Shown here piece by piece: positions 19,666-29,476 of a stretch of DNA of 64,000 nt. Source of the stretch: Fidelibacterota bacterium (GTDB lineage: Bacteria > Fidelibacterota > UBA2242). Below the pieces are notes generated by a model. That model did not search any database. It was not told the DNA's origin and was given only the letters and a program-made list of their open reading frames with translations. The stretch's first letter is position 1, and every line of letters starts with the position of its first letter. Both the position numbers and the translations under genes were made by a program. The DNA is taken from positions 128,001-192,000 of the forward strand of contig JBNGDF010000001.1 in NCBI GenBank assembly GCA_049975265.1, written 5' to 3'.

Positions 19666-20595
19666 TCAGGACAGCCTGTCGATATATTCGGAGGCGGTCA
19701 GTGCACCGATGGTACCATCTCCCACCGCTTCGGCGATCTGCCGGAATTTCTTGGAGCGTACATCGCCAACGGCAAAAACACCCCTGATATTGGTGTGCAT
19801 ATAACGATCGGTGATAATGTGTCCGTCGTCGTCCAGCTCCACCAGGTCTTTGACAAAATCCGTATTTGGTGTCCAGCCGATGAATATGAAAACCCCTTCG
19901 GTCTTTTTGGTGTCGATTTTGCCGGTTTTAACATTTTTAATTGTCACGGCTTCCACTAGATTTTCACCCGTGATTGCGGTAACAACGGAGTCCCAGATAA
20001 AGTCGATCTGTTTGTGGTCGTAGGCACGCTGTTGCAGGATCGGACTGGCGCGCAGCTGATCACGGCGGTGAATAACGGTTACCTTACTGGCGAATTTTGT
20101 CAGAAAAAGAGCCTCCTGAATGGCGGCATCGCCTCCGCCGACCACGACGATTTCGGCGTCTTTGTAAAAGGGACCGTCGCAGGTGGCGCAATAGGAAACA
20201 CCCCGACCGGTCAATTCCTTTTCACCGGGGACATTTAGCAGGCGGGGCAGACCGCCGGTGGCAATGATAACCGTTTTGCTGTGGTACTCTTTTTTTTCTG
20301 TTTTTACTATATGGAACTTTTCACCGGGAGTAATGGCGCTGGCTTCATCATACTCCCTGATGACGACATTGAACCGCTCGGCTTGGCGCCGAAATTTCTG
20401 CATCAGTTCCGGTCCCGGGATCCCTTCGGGAAATCCGGGGTAATTCTCAATCAGGTCGGTGACATTTGGGATACCGCCGGTCATTGATTTTTCCAGCAGC
20501 AGCGTGTCCAGTTTTTCCCGGGCGGTATAGATTGATGAGGTGAATCCGGCAGGACCGCCACCGATAATCACGACGTCGTAAACTTTATCCATCAC
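19666..20595 (-). CDS. trxB: Thioredoxin-disulfide reductase
   Basis: GGGPAG, CATCDG, GGGDAA, HRRD and GVFAVGD. Confidence 0.95.
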   Translation of the reverse strand: MMDKVYDVVIIGGGPAGFTSSIYTAREKLDTLLLEKSMTGGIPNVTDLIENYPGFPEGIPGPELMQKFRRQAERFNVVIREYDEASAITPGEKFHIVKTEKKEYHSKTVIIATGGLPRLLNVPGEKELTGRGVSYCATCDGPFYKDAEIVVVGGGDAAIQEALFLTKFASKVTVIHRRDQLRASPILQQRAYDHKQIDFIWDSVVTAITGENLVEAVTIKNVKTGKIDTKKTEGVFIFIGWTPNTDFVKDLVELDDDGHIITDRYMHTNIRGVFAVGDVRSKKFRQIAEAVGDGTIGALTASEYIDRLS

Positions 20596-20763
20596 TTTTT
20601 ACCTCCGTGGTTTATTCTTTAAAAAGCGCCCAATTAAATTGATTCCACAATTACAAAAGCGTTACGCCGGAATAGTTTACATGTTTTTTAAAAAAGTTCC
20701 TAATGGGAAAAGAATAAACCAATTCCCTGTTTCCGATCCGCTAAATTTTTCCTAAATTTAAAC

Positions 20764-21135
20764 ATGTTAAAAGGTGACAAAGAGATCATTTTAGTGGGTG
20801 ACCGGGTGCTGATTGATCCGGACACCGATCAGTCCAAAACCCCGTCCGGTCTTTATCTGCCACCGGGTGTCAAGGAGAAGGAGATCGTCCAGGGTGGTTA
20901 TATTGTCAAGGTCGGTCCCGGATTTCCGATCCCAGTTATGGATGAGTCCTCCGATGAACCCTGGGCGCAGGAATACCGCGAGCCCCAGTACATGCCGCTC
21001 CAGGCGGAAGAGGGCGATTATGCCATCTTTCTGCGCAAACATGCCATTGAAATTGAGCTGGAGGGCAAGAAATATATCATTGTGCCGCACTCCTACATAC
21101 TGGTTCTGATCCGGGAAGATTTTCTGGATGAATAG
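20764..21135 (+). CDS. Stand-alone GroES/Cpn10-family co-chaperonin
   Basis: GDRVLI, TPSGLYLP mobile loop and VGPG; no groEL adjacent. Confidence 0.85.
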   Translation: MLKGDKEIILVGDRVLIDPDTDQSKTPSGLYLPPGVKEKEIVQGGYIVKVGPGFPIPVMDESSDEPWAQEYREPQYMPLQAEEGDYAIFLRKHAIEIELEGKKYIIVPHSYILVLIREDFLDE

Positions 21136-21169
21136 AAAAAAACGGCTGACTTTCTGTCAACCGCTTTTT
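21136..21169. terminator. Probable bidirectional intrinsic terminator
   Basis: A-run, CGG-TGAC/GTCA-CCG hairpin, T-run, between convergent genes. Confidence 0.5.
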
Positions 21170-21194
21170 ATAATTAAAAACCGTTGAATTTATC

Positions 21195-22061
21195 TTAATC
21201 TATCCAGCGAACATCGACACTGCCAAGACCGATTTCGATCACCAGATAAATACGCCGCCCGGCATTTTTCCAGTTTTTGCTGCGATAGATATTCTTTTCG
21301 ATCTCTCTGAATCCATTGAAATTGAGGGAAGACAGAAATGAGCTTTCAGCTTCGATCTGGACGGCGTATTCTTCCGGTATTTCAATGGTCAGGGAGCCGA
21401 GCCCGACAGTCAGCCGCCCCTTGATATCGCGTCTCAGATCGCCGTCAAACCGTAATTTTGTTGATCCTAGACCAGATTCCACGCTGAACCGGTCCATATT
21501 GCTATTGCACAGTCCGGTCACCTCCACGTTGCCCAGACCTGTTTGAATGACCAAGTTGCGGATACGCTCGGGATTATTTTTAGCAAATTCGATCAGCACA
21601 TCGCTGAGCCCGCATTCCAGATTAAGATCGCTGACCCTGATTTTTGTAAAATCGAGAACACCCTTGCCCAACCCAAATTCAATATCATAGGCAGTGGGTA
21701 CCTGATCCGTCATGGCGATGCGCCAGTGATTATTTTTAATGTCGGAATCGCTTTTTTTTGAGCGCCCCCAGACAGATTTGTCTTTATTCTGATGGGAGAC
21801 CATCTTCAGCTTGCCCCGGTCGCCTACGGTTTTATAGCTGATTTCCGGACGGTAAATATCTTTTGAGTAGGTTACTTCCGCCTGCATAAGGTATTTGGAA
21901 TTGTCAATACTGCGCAGCTCCAGCTGTCCCAACCCGAATTCAATGCCCACATCCAGCTCCTTTTCGCCTTTGTAGGGCACGCTGTGTCGCTCGGCGACGA
22001 TATTATTGGATTGGGCGCTTATGGACAGGAAAATCAAAATCGGGAGGATGATCTTTTTCAT
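21195..22061 (-). CDS. Exported 'toast-rack'/LiaF-like beta-solenoid protein
   Basis: Signal peptide from the ATG at 22061; repeated (F/T/S/V/I)GLG turns. Confidence 0.65.
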   Translation of the reverse strand: MKKIILPILIFLSISAQSNNIVAERHSVPYKGEKELDVGIEFGLGQLELRSIDNSKYLMQAEVTYSKDIYRPEISYKTVGDRGKLKMVSHQNKDKSVWGRSKKSDSDIKNNHWRIAMTDQVPTAYDIEFGLGKGVLDFTKIRVSDLNLECGLSDVLIEFAKNNPERIRNLVIQTGLGNVEVTGLCNSNMDRFSVESGLGSTKLRFDGDLRRDIKGRLTVGLGSLTIEIPEEYAVQIEAESSFLSSLNFNGFREIEKNIYRSKNWKNAGRRIYLVIEIGLGSVDVRWID

Positions 22062-22093
22062 GAAGTAAACCTCTTTAGATGTCAAAGCCAATT

Positions 22094-23326
22094 CTACTGG
22101 CGACGGATGTCGATATTTCCGCCGCTGGTTTTTAGAGTAATATCATCACCGCCGCCATTGATGCGTCCTTCACCAGTGATTATCAGTTTGGAGCCACGGC
22201 TCTCTTTTTGGATGTCGAGCGGGAAATCAGAGCGGATCTCGCAACGATCCCATTTGTCATAAACCGTAATTTGGGCGAAAATGTCGGCTTTCATATAATC
22301 GGGTATTGTAAGGGAAATATCCCCACCGGAAGATGCCAGATCAATTTTATGGTTGGGGAGCGATTTTCTAAGCAGCTTATTTACCTCAATATCTCCACCG
22401 GAGGTCCGACCGTAGACGGCTCCGTAAACCTCAGATATGTAGATATCACCGCCTGATGTAGTAGCCTGAATTTTTTCTTCAGCCATGCGGACTTCAATAT
22501 CCCCACCGGATGTGTTCAGCGTACATTCGCCGCTGACCCTGCCGATGTCAATATCGCCGCCCGAGGTATTTAGCGTTAATTCCGCATCAATATCATCGGC
22601 ACCAATATCACCACCCGAGGTGCTGCCCTTGAAAAATTTACCTCTGACGCCAGCAATGTAAATGTCACCACCCGAGGTCTTGATTTCGCCGTCACCGATC
22701 AACTTTTTAACGGTAATGTCGCCGCCCGAGGTTTTGGCGTAAGTATTGCCGGATATTTGATTTAAAACGACATCACCGCCCGAGGTTATCGCCCGGATTT
22801 CGGCTCTGCAATCACGGATGCTTATATCTCCGCCGGAAGTATTGACCGTTAATTTTCCGGCTGTCTCCAGAATATCAATGTCTCCGCCCGAAGTACGGAT
22901 TTCGATAATGCCATTTACGGTTTCGGTCACAATATCACCACCAATTACGTCAATATTGAGATTGAAGTTGTTCGGAACCTGTATGGTAAAGTCGTTTTGA
23001 TAGCGCCGGAAATTGTCACCCCCTTCGATCGTCAGGACATCGCCCTTTTGAATATATTTGGCGCGGTAAGCCCGGAGTATTTTTTCAGCCTCTTTTTCGG
23101 AATAGGTATTAATCCGGAAACGCTCGGTAACCGTGACATTATTACGGGCTGCGCCGACAATTTTGATATCACCGCGAATCTTCTTCATCACCAGGGAGCC
23201 CTTTTCGGAAATATTGTATTCCTTGACCGATTCGCCATGATAACGCATGCCGTCGTATTCCAATTTCTGAGCCGGCAGCTGGCAGTAGAGAAGGATTAAA
23301 ATTAAAATTAGACGATTTATTTTCAT
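22094..23326 (-). CDS. DUF4097 beta-strand repeat (adhesin-like) protein
   Basis: Signal peptide; ten TSGGD[IV] repeats with ~18-19 aa period. Confidence 0.85.
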   Translation of the reverse strand: MKINRLILILILLYCQLPAQKLEYDGMRYHGESVKEYNISEKGSLVMKKIRGDIKIVGAARNNVTVTERFRINTYSEKEAEKILRAYRAKYIQKGDVLTIEGGDNFRRYQNDFTIQVPNNFNLNIDVIGGDIVTETVNGIIEIRTSGGDIDILETAGKLTVNTSGGDISIRDCRAEIRAITSGGDVVLNQISGNTYAKTSGGDITVKKLIGDGEIKTSGGDIYIAGVRGKFFKGSTSGGDIGADDIDAELTLNTSGGDIDIGRVSGECTLNTSGGDIEVRMAEEKIQATTSGGDIYISEVYGAVYGRTSGGDIEVNKLLRKSLPNHKIDLASSGGDISLTIPDYMKADIFAQITVYDKWDRCEIRSDFPLDIQKESRGSKLIITGEGRINGGGDDITLKTSGGNIDIRRQ

Positions 23327-24366
23327 TGCAACACCTGTTGGTTACTTTTTTCCAGAATAATGTCCAGGTAATTCTGAGCGGTTTTACGCAGTGTCGAATC
23401 GGGGTCATTGGTGGCAATTAATGCCAGAATCGGCACAGTTGTTTCATCGGCGCTCTGATAGAGCTCTTTGACGGCTCGGCGTCGAATTTCGAAGCTGCTG
23501 TCCCGCAGAGCGATGGTTTTGAAAGCGTCCATGATCCGGGGTGTCAGGTCATAGGATTCCAGTGCATCCATCGCCTGTTCGCGGACTTCCGGGTCACTGT
23601 CGTTAAGCAGTACCGATATCATGGTAGACTCGTTGCGGCTGTTCTGGGGCGATTTAGCCAATAATTTGATTGCTCGCAGGCGCCGGGAGGGGTCTTGATC
23701 GTGGATTGCCGAATACTGGAGCATGTTCAATATCGTGGGATCATCGAGACCGCCTTTAATGGCAATATCGCGGTCCACTTTCAGGTTGACTTCCACCATG
23801 CCATCATCATCCGTGGAGCTCTGGATTAGATCTGCCACCTCTACCCCACCGGACTGAATGAGATAGTTTGCCATTACCTTTTGCAGCTGTTCCTTTTCTG
23901 TATCGGTGAGAGCAACCTGATAATTGACAAAATTTGCCAGCATGCCCGGATCGTGCCGCAAACCGCTGCTCAACCAGAGTTTGCCGACGAAAACACCGAT
24001 CACGAAGGTAGCCCCAATGGCGATCAACTGATACCGGGGGTGAGCAAAGAATCCGGTAAAGGCTTCCTGTATTTCATCGAGAATACCGGTGAGGGACCAT
24101 TTGAATTTGCGCTTTTTCGTCTGCCGGATGGCGCTCATGACCCTGGCATTGGCACGCTCTATCAGAGCCGGAGCGGGAACCGCCCGGGTAGTGTGTTCCA
24201 GTACCGCTTGCATGTCGTTCAGCCGCTGTAATGCAGCGGAGCACTCCGGACATTCCGCCAGATGTTTTTCAAACTGCGCCGCATCCCTGGCGCTTAGTTC
24301 GTTATGAAAATAGAGCATCAGCATGGGTTCAAATTGCTTGTGTGTTTTCATAGTAGATTCCTTCAT
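23323..24366 (-). CDS. Zinc-finger (ZAS) anti-sigma factor with a TM helix and extracytoplasmic HEAT repeats
   Basis: HLAECPEC (HxxxCxxC), one TM helix, DxDPxVR-type HEAT repeats. Confidence 0.85.
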   Translation of the reverse strand: MKESTMKTHKQFEPMLMLYFHNELSARDAAQFEKHLAECPECSAALQRLNDMQAVLEHTTRAVPAPALIERANARVMSAIRQTKKRKFKWSLTGILDEIQEAFTGFFAHPRYQLIAIGATFVIGVFVGKLWLSSGLRHDPGMLANFVNYQVALTDTEKEQLQKVMANYLIQSGGVEVADLIQSSTDDDGMVEVNLKVDRDIAIKGGLDDPTILNMLQYSAIHDQDPSRRLRAIKLLAKSPQNSRNESTMISVLLNDSDPEVREQAMDALESYDLTPRIMDAFKTIALRDSSFEIRRRAVKELYQSADETTVPILALIATNDPDSTLRKTAQNYLDIILEKSNQQVLQ

Positions 24367-24917
24367 GCCTTGACAAGTAAGCTTTGTAGTTTGCGGGTCG
24401 CCCGAAACAGATACCGCTTTACAGTTCCTTCGGTGCAGTCCAGGATTGCGGCGATATCTTTGATCTTTTTTCCTTCGTAATGTTTCAAAATGAAGACCAC
24501 CCGCTGTTGCGAAGAGAGCTGCCGTAGCGCCCGGTCAATTTCCTCCCGCAGGGATGCATTGAGCGTCGCCTGATCGGCTTCACTGGCTTCGTCGTCCGGA
24601 ATAGTCTCCCAGAGGTAATCATCTTCGCCGGGGTCTACGGTCATCATCCGCTTTGATTTGCGATAGAAATTGAAAGCCTGATTAGCCAGAATCCGATAAA
24701 CCCAGGTGAAAAACTCGCTTTCAAACCGAAAAGAGCCGATATTGCGGTATACTTTAATAAAGGTTTCCTGATACAGGTCTTCGGCGTCCTGGTAGTTTTT
24801 GGTGAAATGAAAAGCCAGCCCCATCACTCGCTCTCCGTACTTGCTCATCATCGTCTGGAAGGCCATTTCATCACCATTTTTTATTCTTTCAATCAGATCT
24901 ATTTCCTGCTGATCCAT
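24363..24917 (-). CDS. ECF RNA polymerase sigma factor
   Basis: DAEDLYQETF, FFTWVYRI and GTVKRYLFRA. Confidence 0.93.
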   Translation of the reverse strand: MDQQEIDLIERIKNGDEMAFQTMMSKYGERVMGLAFHFTKNYQDAEDLYQETFIKVYRNIGSFRFESEFFTWVYRILANQAFNFYRKSKRMMTVDPGEDDYLWETIPDDEASEADQATLNASLREEIDRALRQLSSQQRVVFILKHYEGKKIKDIAAILDCTEGTVKRYLFRATRKLQSLLVKA

Positions 24918-24933
24918 TCAAATTTCTCCCTAT

Positions 24934-24961
24934 TTAGACATCCGCCGCTTTGTAAGGTTGT
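24934..24961 (-). promoter_or_regulatory. Putative ECF autoregulatory promoter
   Basis: ACAACC-N16-GTCTAA directly upstream of the sigma gene, matching the AAC/GTC ECF pattern. Confidence 0.55.
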
Positions 24962-24987
24962 CAGCCGTTGATAAACTCTCTGAAAAG

Positions 24988-26748
24988 TTAATGCAGAACC
25001 AGACAATTACCACGAATTATAGTGTCCCGATCGTAAATAGTCACGATATAGATGCCGGAGGATACCTTTTGTCCCTGTAAATTTTTCAGATTCCATTGAA
25101 TTGATTCCGGCGTTCCGGCAATTTGGGGTGCAAGTTCGGTGCGCCAGACCAGTTCACCAAGAAGGTTATGGATGGTAAGCGGTACCCTCTTTTCAGAGGG
25201 AATCACATGAGGCCAGAGAAACCGGAGGGTCACACCGGAGATGGCTGGATTCGGCAGGGCGTAGACTCGTTTTCGCTCCAGCTGGCGACCCGGAATAAAA
25301 AGCGAATCCTGAGCGAACATGGCTCGATATATATCGGGAACGCCCCATCCGTAACGATGGTCGGGATTGTGGCTGTGTGAGGCATTGTTTCTGAGCATTT
25401 GAATAATTTGGATCGGCGACAGTGTGGAATATTTTTCGATTAACAGGGCGGCAGACCCGGCGATTAATGGCGTGGCATAGGAGGTTCCGTCACCGGTATT
25501 GTAGGATGTCGGAGAACCGGAGGAAGCCACGTAGATGCTGACACCGGGTGCGCAGAGATCCGGCTTGATTCGCCCGTCGGGTGTTGGACCGTGAGAGCTG
25601 AAGCCGGCGATCTGACCGTCCAGATTTACCGCCCCGACGGTCAGTGCTCCCAGGGCATCGGAAGGTGACATCAGCCCGCCGTCAGAGAAGAGCCGGGCGG
25701 CATTGCCGGCACAGATGACCGGTAATATTCCGCGTTCGAAAGCCCAGTTGACGACACGTGCCACCGCAGTGGTCCGACCGTCCAGGTCTTCGTAGGGATG
25801 ATCCTCGGCGGGATCGTCGAAGTCGTAGCGATAAGAAACCGAGGAACTGATGATATCCGCGCCATTTTCATCAGCCCACTCAACTGCCGCTACGAAGTAA
25901 TCCTCCTCCACGGCGGTTTCCGATGGAATGATTTCGGTTTTTGCCAACAGGAATTCGGCACCATAGGCGGCTCCGATGTAGCTGTCTTCTACGAACCCAC
26001 CAATCAGACTCCAGACGGAGGTACCGTGCCGGCACTGGATATTGCTGGTACCGCTGCCAGCCTGATCATCCTGAACATCGTTATCCTTGTAAATAAAATC
26101 CCGCTCAGCGATCAGCCGATCGCTAGTAATGATTTGTTGAAAGACCTCATGATCTTTAAAGAAACCGGCATCAATGAGAGCAATCCGCACACCTGCGCCG
26201 GTATACCCTGCCTCATGGACAGGTGGAATATTCAGTCGCTGAAGCTGCTCATAAGAGTTGCCATAGTAGGGATTGTCCGAATGAGATTTTTCAAGTGATC
26301 GGGCTGGTTCGGGAGGTGACATACGCCGGTAGCGGCGCACCATCGTAACCTCTTTGACAAACGGAAGGTCTTTGAGAGAAGATGTTTTTGAGGGATTTAT
26401 CATTGCCGAATAGGCTTGCAGGGCTCGTGAATAGAACAGAATCCTTCGGCAATCCTTTTCGATGGCGGTGCGAATATGCTGACCCGGAACGGCATTGGAA
26501 AAATTCGTCTCATCAGGCGCACCTTTCTGATAAAGCCGGGCTGCACAGCGCGGGGTGATTTTCAGCGGAGTAAAATCTGCCGTGGTCAATTGGGTTGTAT
26601 CCAGATAAATCCAGACCTTTTGACAGTCGTTGATGGCTGTCTGGGCGGACAGTGCCGGGGAGAGACAAAGCCAGGCGATCCAGCCGGAGATGAAAACCGC
26701 AAATGCGGCTGTGCCAGGATAAAAAATCAGATAGCTGCTGCGTCTCAC
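24988..26748 (-). CDS. S8 (subtilisin-like) serine peptidase with a C-terminal FlgD/T9SS-like domain
   Basis: Triad IDAGF / HGTSV / GTSYATP; C-terminal PNP...SSGIY. Confidence 0.9.
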   Translation of the reverse strand: MRRSSYLIFYPGTAAFAVFISGWIAWLCLSPALSAQTAINDCQKVWIYLDTTQLTTADFTPLKITPRCAARLYQKGAPDETNFSNAVPGQHIRTAIEKDCRRILFYSRALQAYSAMINPSKTSSLKDLPFVKEVTMVRRYRRMSPPEPARSLEKSHSDNPYYGNSYEQLQRLNIPPVHEAGYTGAGVRIALIDAGFFKDHEVFQQIITSDRLIAERDFIYKDNDVQDDQAGSGTSNIQCRHGTSVWSLIGGFVEDSYIGAAYGAEFLLAKTEIIPSETAVEEDYFVAAVEWADENGADIISSSVSYRYDFDDPAEDHPYEDLDGRTTAVARVVNWAFERGILPVICAGNAARLFSDGGLMSPSDALGALTVGAVNLDGQIAGFSSHGPTPDGRIKPDLCAPGVSIYVASSGSPTSYNTGDGTSYATPLIAGSAALLIEKYSTLSPIQIIQMLRNNASHSHNPDHRYGWGVPDIYRAMFAQDSLFIPGRQLERKRVYALPNPAISGVTLRFLWPHVIPSEKRVPLTIHNLLGELVWRTELAPQIAGTPESIQWNLKNLQGQKVSSGIYIVTIYDRDTIIRGNCLVLH

Positions 26749-27695
26749 CGTTCGGTATCTTTGCCGTTATAGGCTTTGATAATATCTTTGACCAATCTGT
26801 GGCGAACCACGTCGCCCGGATTGAAGTAGACAAAGTCGATTCCTTCGATATTCTGCAGGATATTTTTTGCTTCAATCAGTCCGGAGCTCTTTTTATCGGG
26901 AATATCGATCTGGGTAATATCGCCGGTAATGATGGCTTTGGAATTGGCACCGAGGCGGGTTAGAAACATTTTCATCTGCATGCTGCTGGTATTTTGAGCT
27001 TCGTCCAGAATGACGAAAGCGTTGTTCAGGGTGCGACCACGCATATAGGCAAGGGGCAGAATTTCGATAGTGTGCTGATCGGTGAAGGTTTTCAGTTTTT
27101 CAGCAGGGATCATATCGTGCAGGGCGTCATAAAGCGGCGCCAGGTAGGGCTCTATTTTTTCTTTCAGATCGCCGGGAAGAAAACCGAGGCTTTCACCGGC
27201 TTCGACGGCAGGGCGGGTCAGGATAATCCGTTTGACTTCATGGTTGCGCAGCGCGGCAACCGCGATTGCCACCGCCAGATAGGTTTTGCCGGTTCCGGCG
27301 GGACCGATTCCGAATACGATATCGTTTTTCAGTGTTGCCCGATAGTATTTTTCCTGATTGACAGAGCGTGGTTTGATTGTACCGGACTTTTTAAAAAGAA
27401 TGACAGTCTCCGCCGTGATCTCCTGGTCCAGGGGATGATCGCTCAGTTCCAGGCTGATCAGCGTTTCTACGTCGGCAGCTTCAACGAAACCTTTCTGGGA
27501 TGCGGTTAGCATCATTTCACCCAGAATCCGGTTTACCTGTTCAATGTGATCCGGCGTGCCCTCCAGGTGAATCTGCGTTCCCCGGGCGAAAATCTTCAGC
27601 GGAAATTTATCGGTCAGCATTTTCAGGAAGAGGTCATTGCTTCCCATAATCTGGAGCGGATCGATGCCTTTGATGTCTATGGTTTTACGTGTCAT
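26745..27695 (-). CDS. phoH: PhoH-family ATPase
   Basis: GPAGTGKT, RPAVEAGE, YMRGRTL and DEAQN. Confidence 0.93.
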   Translation of the reverse strand: MTRKTIDIKGIDPLQIMGSNDLFLKMLTDKFPLKIFARGTQIHLEGTPDHIEQVNRILGEMMLTASQKGFVEAADVETLISLELSDHPLDQEITAETVILFKKSGTIKPRSVNQEKYYRATLKNDIVFGIGPAGTGKTYLAVAIAVAALRNHEVKRIILTRPAVEAGESLGFLPGDLKEKIEPYLAPLYDALHDMIPAEKLKTFTDQHTIEILPLAYMRGRTLNNAFVILDEAQNTSSMQMKMFLTRLGANSKAIITGDITQIDIPDKKSSGLIEAKNILQNIEGIDFVYFNPGDVVRHRLVKDIIKAYNGKDTER

Positions 27696-29467
27696 TCTGC
27701 GGTAATTTGCTCGGTTTTCAGCTGAATTCCCAGTTCGTCCAGCTGTTTTTTATCCACCGGTGATGGACAGCCGTCCATCAACGATGCGGCACTGGTGGTT
27801 TTCGGAAAGGCAATGACATCGCGGATATTGTCGGTGCCGGCGAGGAGCATAACCAGCCGGTCAAATCCCAGGGCGATGCCTCCGTGCGGCGGGGCGCCGA
27901 AGGTAAGTGCGTCGAGTAAAAATCCAAATTTTTCCTGCGCTTCTCTCCGGCTGATTCCCAGCACATCGAACATTTCCTGCTGCATCTCGAGGGTGTGGTT
28001 GCGGATGCTGCCGCCGCCGATCTCGTGACCATTAATAACGATGTCATAAGCCCGGGCGCGTACCGTTTCGGGCTGCCGGATCAGTTTTTCCCGGTCTTCC
28101 GGCAGCGCTGCAGTAAAGGGATGGTGCATAGCCAGGTAACGTTGCAGGTCATCATCCCATTCCAGCAGCGGAAAGCGGGTCACCCAGAGAGGCTGAAAAA
28201 CGTTGTCGGGTATCAGATTCATCAGTTTTGCGGAAGCGATGCGTAAGCGTCCCAGGACCGGATACACAATTTCTGGTTGATCGGCGATGAACAGCAGCAG
28301 ATCGCCGGGTACCGCGCTGAACGTTTTTATCAAATCTCTCTCATAGCCTGTCAGGAATTTTGCGATTCCGCTCGCCAGTGTATCTTCGGTGATTTTTACA
28401 AATGACAGTCCCTGGGCGCCCCAGTGCCGGACTTTGGCAGTCAGGTCATCGATATTTTTACGGCTGAACCGGGCTCCGCCGGGGACATTAATAGCGGCTA
28501 CGGTTCCGTTGTTTTCAAGAACAGATCGAAAGACCTGAAAATCGCACCCTGCCAGCGGCTGATTCAGCGTATGAATTTTCATGTCGAACCGCAAATCCGG
28601 TTTGTCGGATCCGTACCGTTGCATGGCTTCGTGGTATTCCAATTTCGGGAAGGATACGGGAAGTTCGACTCGCAGTACGTCTTGGAAAACCTGTCGGAGC
28701 ATCTCTGTGGTGCTCTGCATGACATCTTCCTCTTCGACAAAGGACATTTCCACATCGATCTGGGTAAATTCCGGCTGGCGATCGGCGCGAAGGTCTTCGT
28801 CGCGAAAACATTTAACGATCTGGAAATAGCGATCGAAACCGCCGATCATCAGCAGCTGTTTGTAGGTTTGTGGAGATTGCGGCAGAGCATAAAAGCGCCC
28901 CTTGTGAATTCGACTGGGGACCAGATAATCCCGGGCGCCTTCGGGTGTACTTTTCATCAACAGCGGCGTTTCGATTTCCAGGAATTGATGTTCATTATAG
29001 TATTTCCGAACACTCTGAGCGGCAGAATGGCGGATTGCCAGGTTGTGCTGGAGTTCCGCGGTGCGCAGTTCCAGATAGCGATATTTCAAGCGTAAATCCT
29101 CGAGCCCGGTGGTGCGGTCGGTAACCAGAAACGGAAGCGTGGCTGCCCGATTAGAAACCTCGATTTCATGTGCCAGAATGTCGATCTCTCCGGTAGGCAT
29201 ATCGGGATTCAGAGCCTCTTTGGGGCGCCTGCGTACCGTACCTTTGACTGCGATGACGTCTTCCATTCTAAGACTGTGAGCGATGGTCATCAGACCCGGA
29301 TCGCTTGCCGGATCGCATACGATCTGGGTGAGACCGTAACGATCCCGCAGGTCAATAAAAATCAGCCCGCCAAGGTCGCGACGCCGGTTGATCCAGCCGT
29401 TCAGAATCACCATCTGTCCCACATGTTCTTTCCGTAATTGACCACAGGTTACGCTTCTTTTGAGCAT
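27692..29467 (-). CDS. aspS: Aspartate--tRNA ligase
   Basis: FIDLRDRYG, FRDEDLRADRQPEFTQID and PPHGGIALGFDR. Confidence 0.97.
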   Translation of the reverse strand: MLKRSVTCGQLRKEHVGQMVILNGWINRRRDLGGLIFIDLRDRYGLTQIVCDPASDPGLMTIAHSLRMEDVIAVKGTVRRRPKEALNPDMPTGEIDILAHEIEVSNRAATLPFLVTDRTTGLEDLRLKYRYLELRTAELQHNLAIRHSAAQSVRKYYNEHQFLEIETPLLMKSTPEGARDYLVPSRIHKGRFYALPQSPQTYKQLLMIGGFDRYFQIVKCFRDEDLRADRQPEFTQIDVEMSFVEEEDVMQSTTEMLRQVFQDVLRVELPVSFPKLEYHEAMQRYGSDKPDLRFDMKIHTLNQPLAGCDFQVFRSVLENNGTVAAINVPGGARFSRKNIDDLTAKVRHWGAQGLSFVKITEDTLASGIAKFLTGYERDLIKTFSAVPGDLLLFIADQPEIVYPVLGRLRIASAKLMNLIPDNVFQPLWVTRFPLLEWDDDLQRYLAMHHPFTAALPEDREKLIRQPETVRARAYDIVINGHEIGGGSIRNHTLEMQQEMFDVLGISRREAQEKFGFLLDALTFGAPPHGGIALGFDRLVMLLAGTDNIRDVIAFPKTTSAASLMDGCPSPVDKKQLDELGIQLKTEQITAE

Positions 29468-29476
29468 ACAAATCCT

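Noticed and set aside
22094..23326. Periodic ~54-57-nt repeats as a CRISPR array or VNTR
   Set aside because: They are degenerate codons for TSGGDI protein repeats inside an intact ORF, and no cas genes are present.
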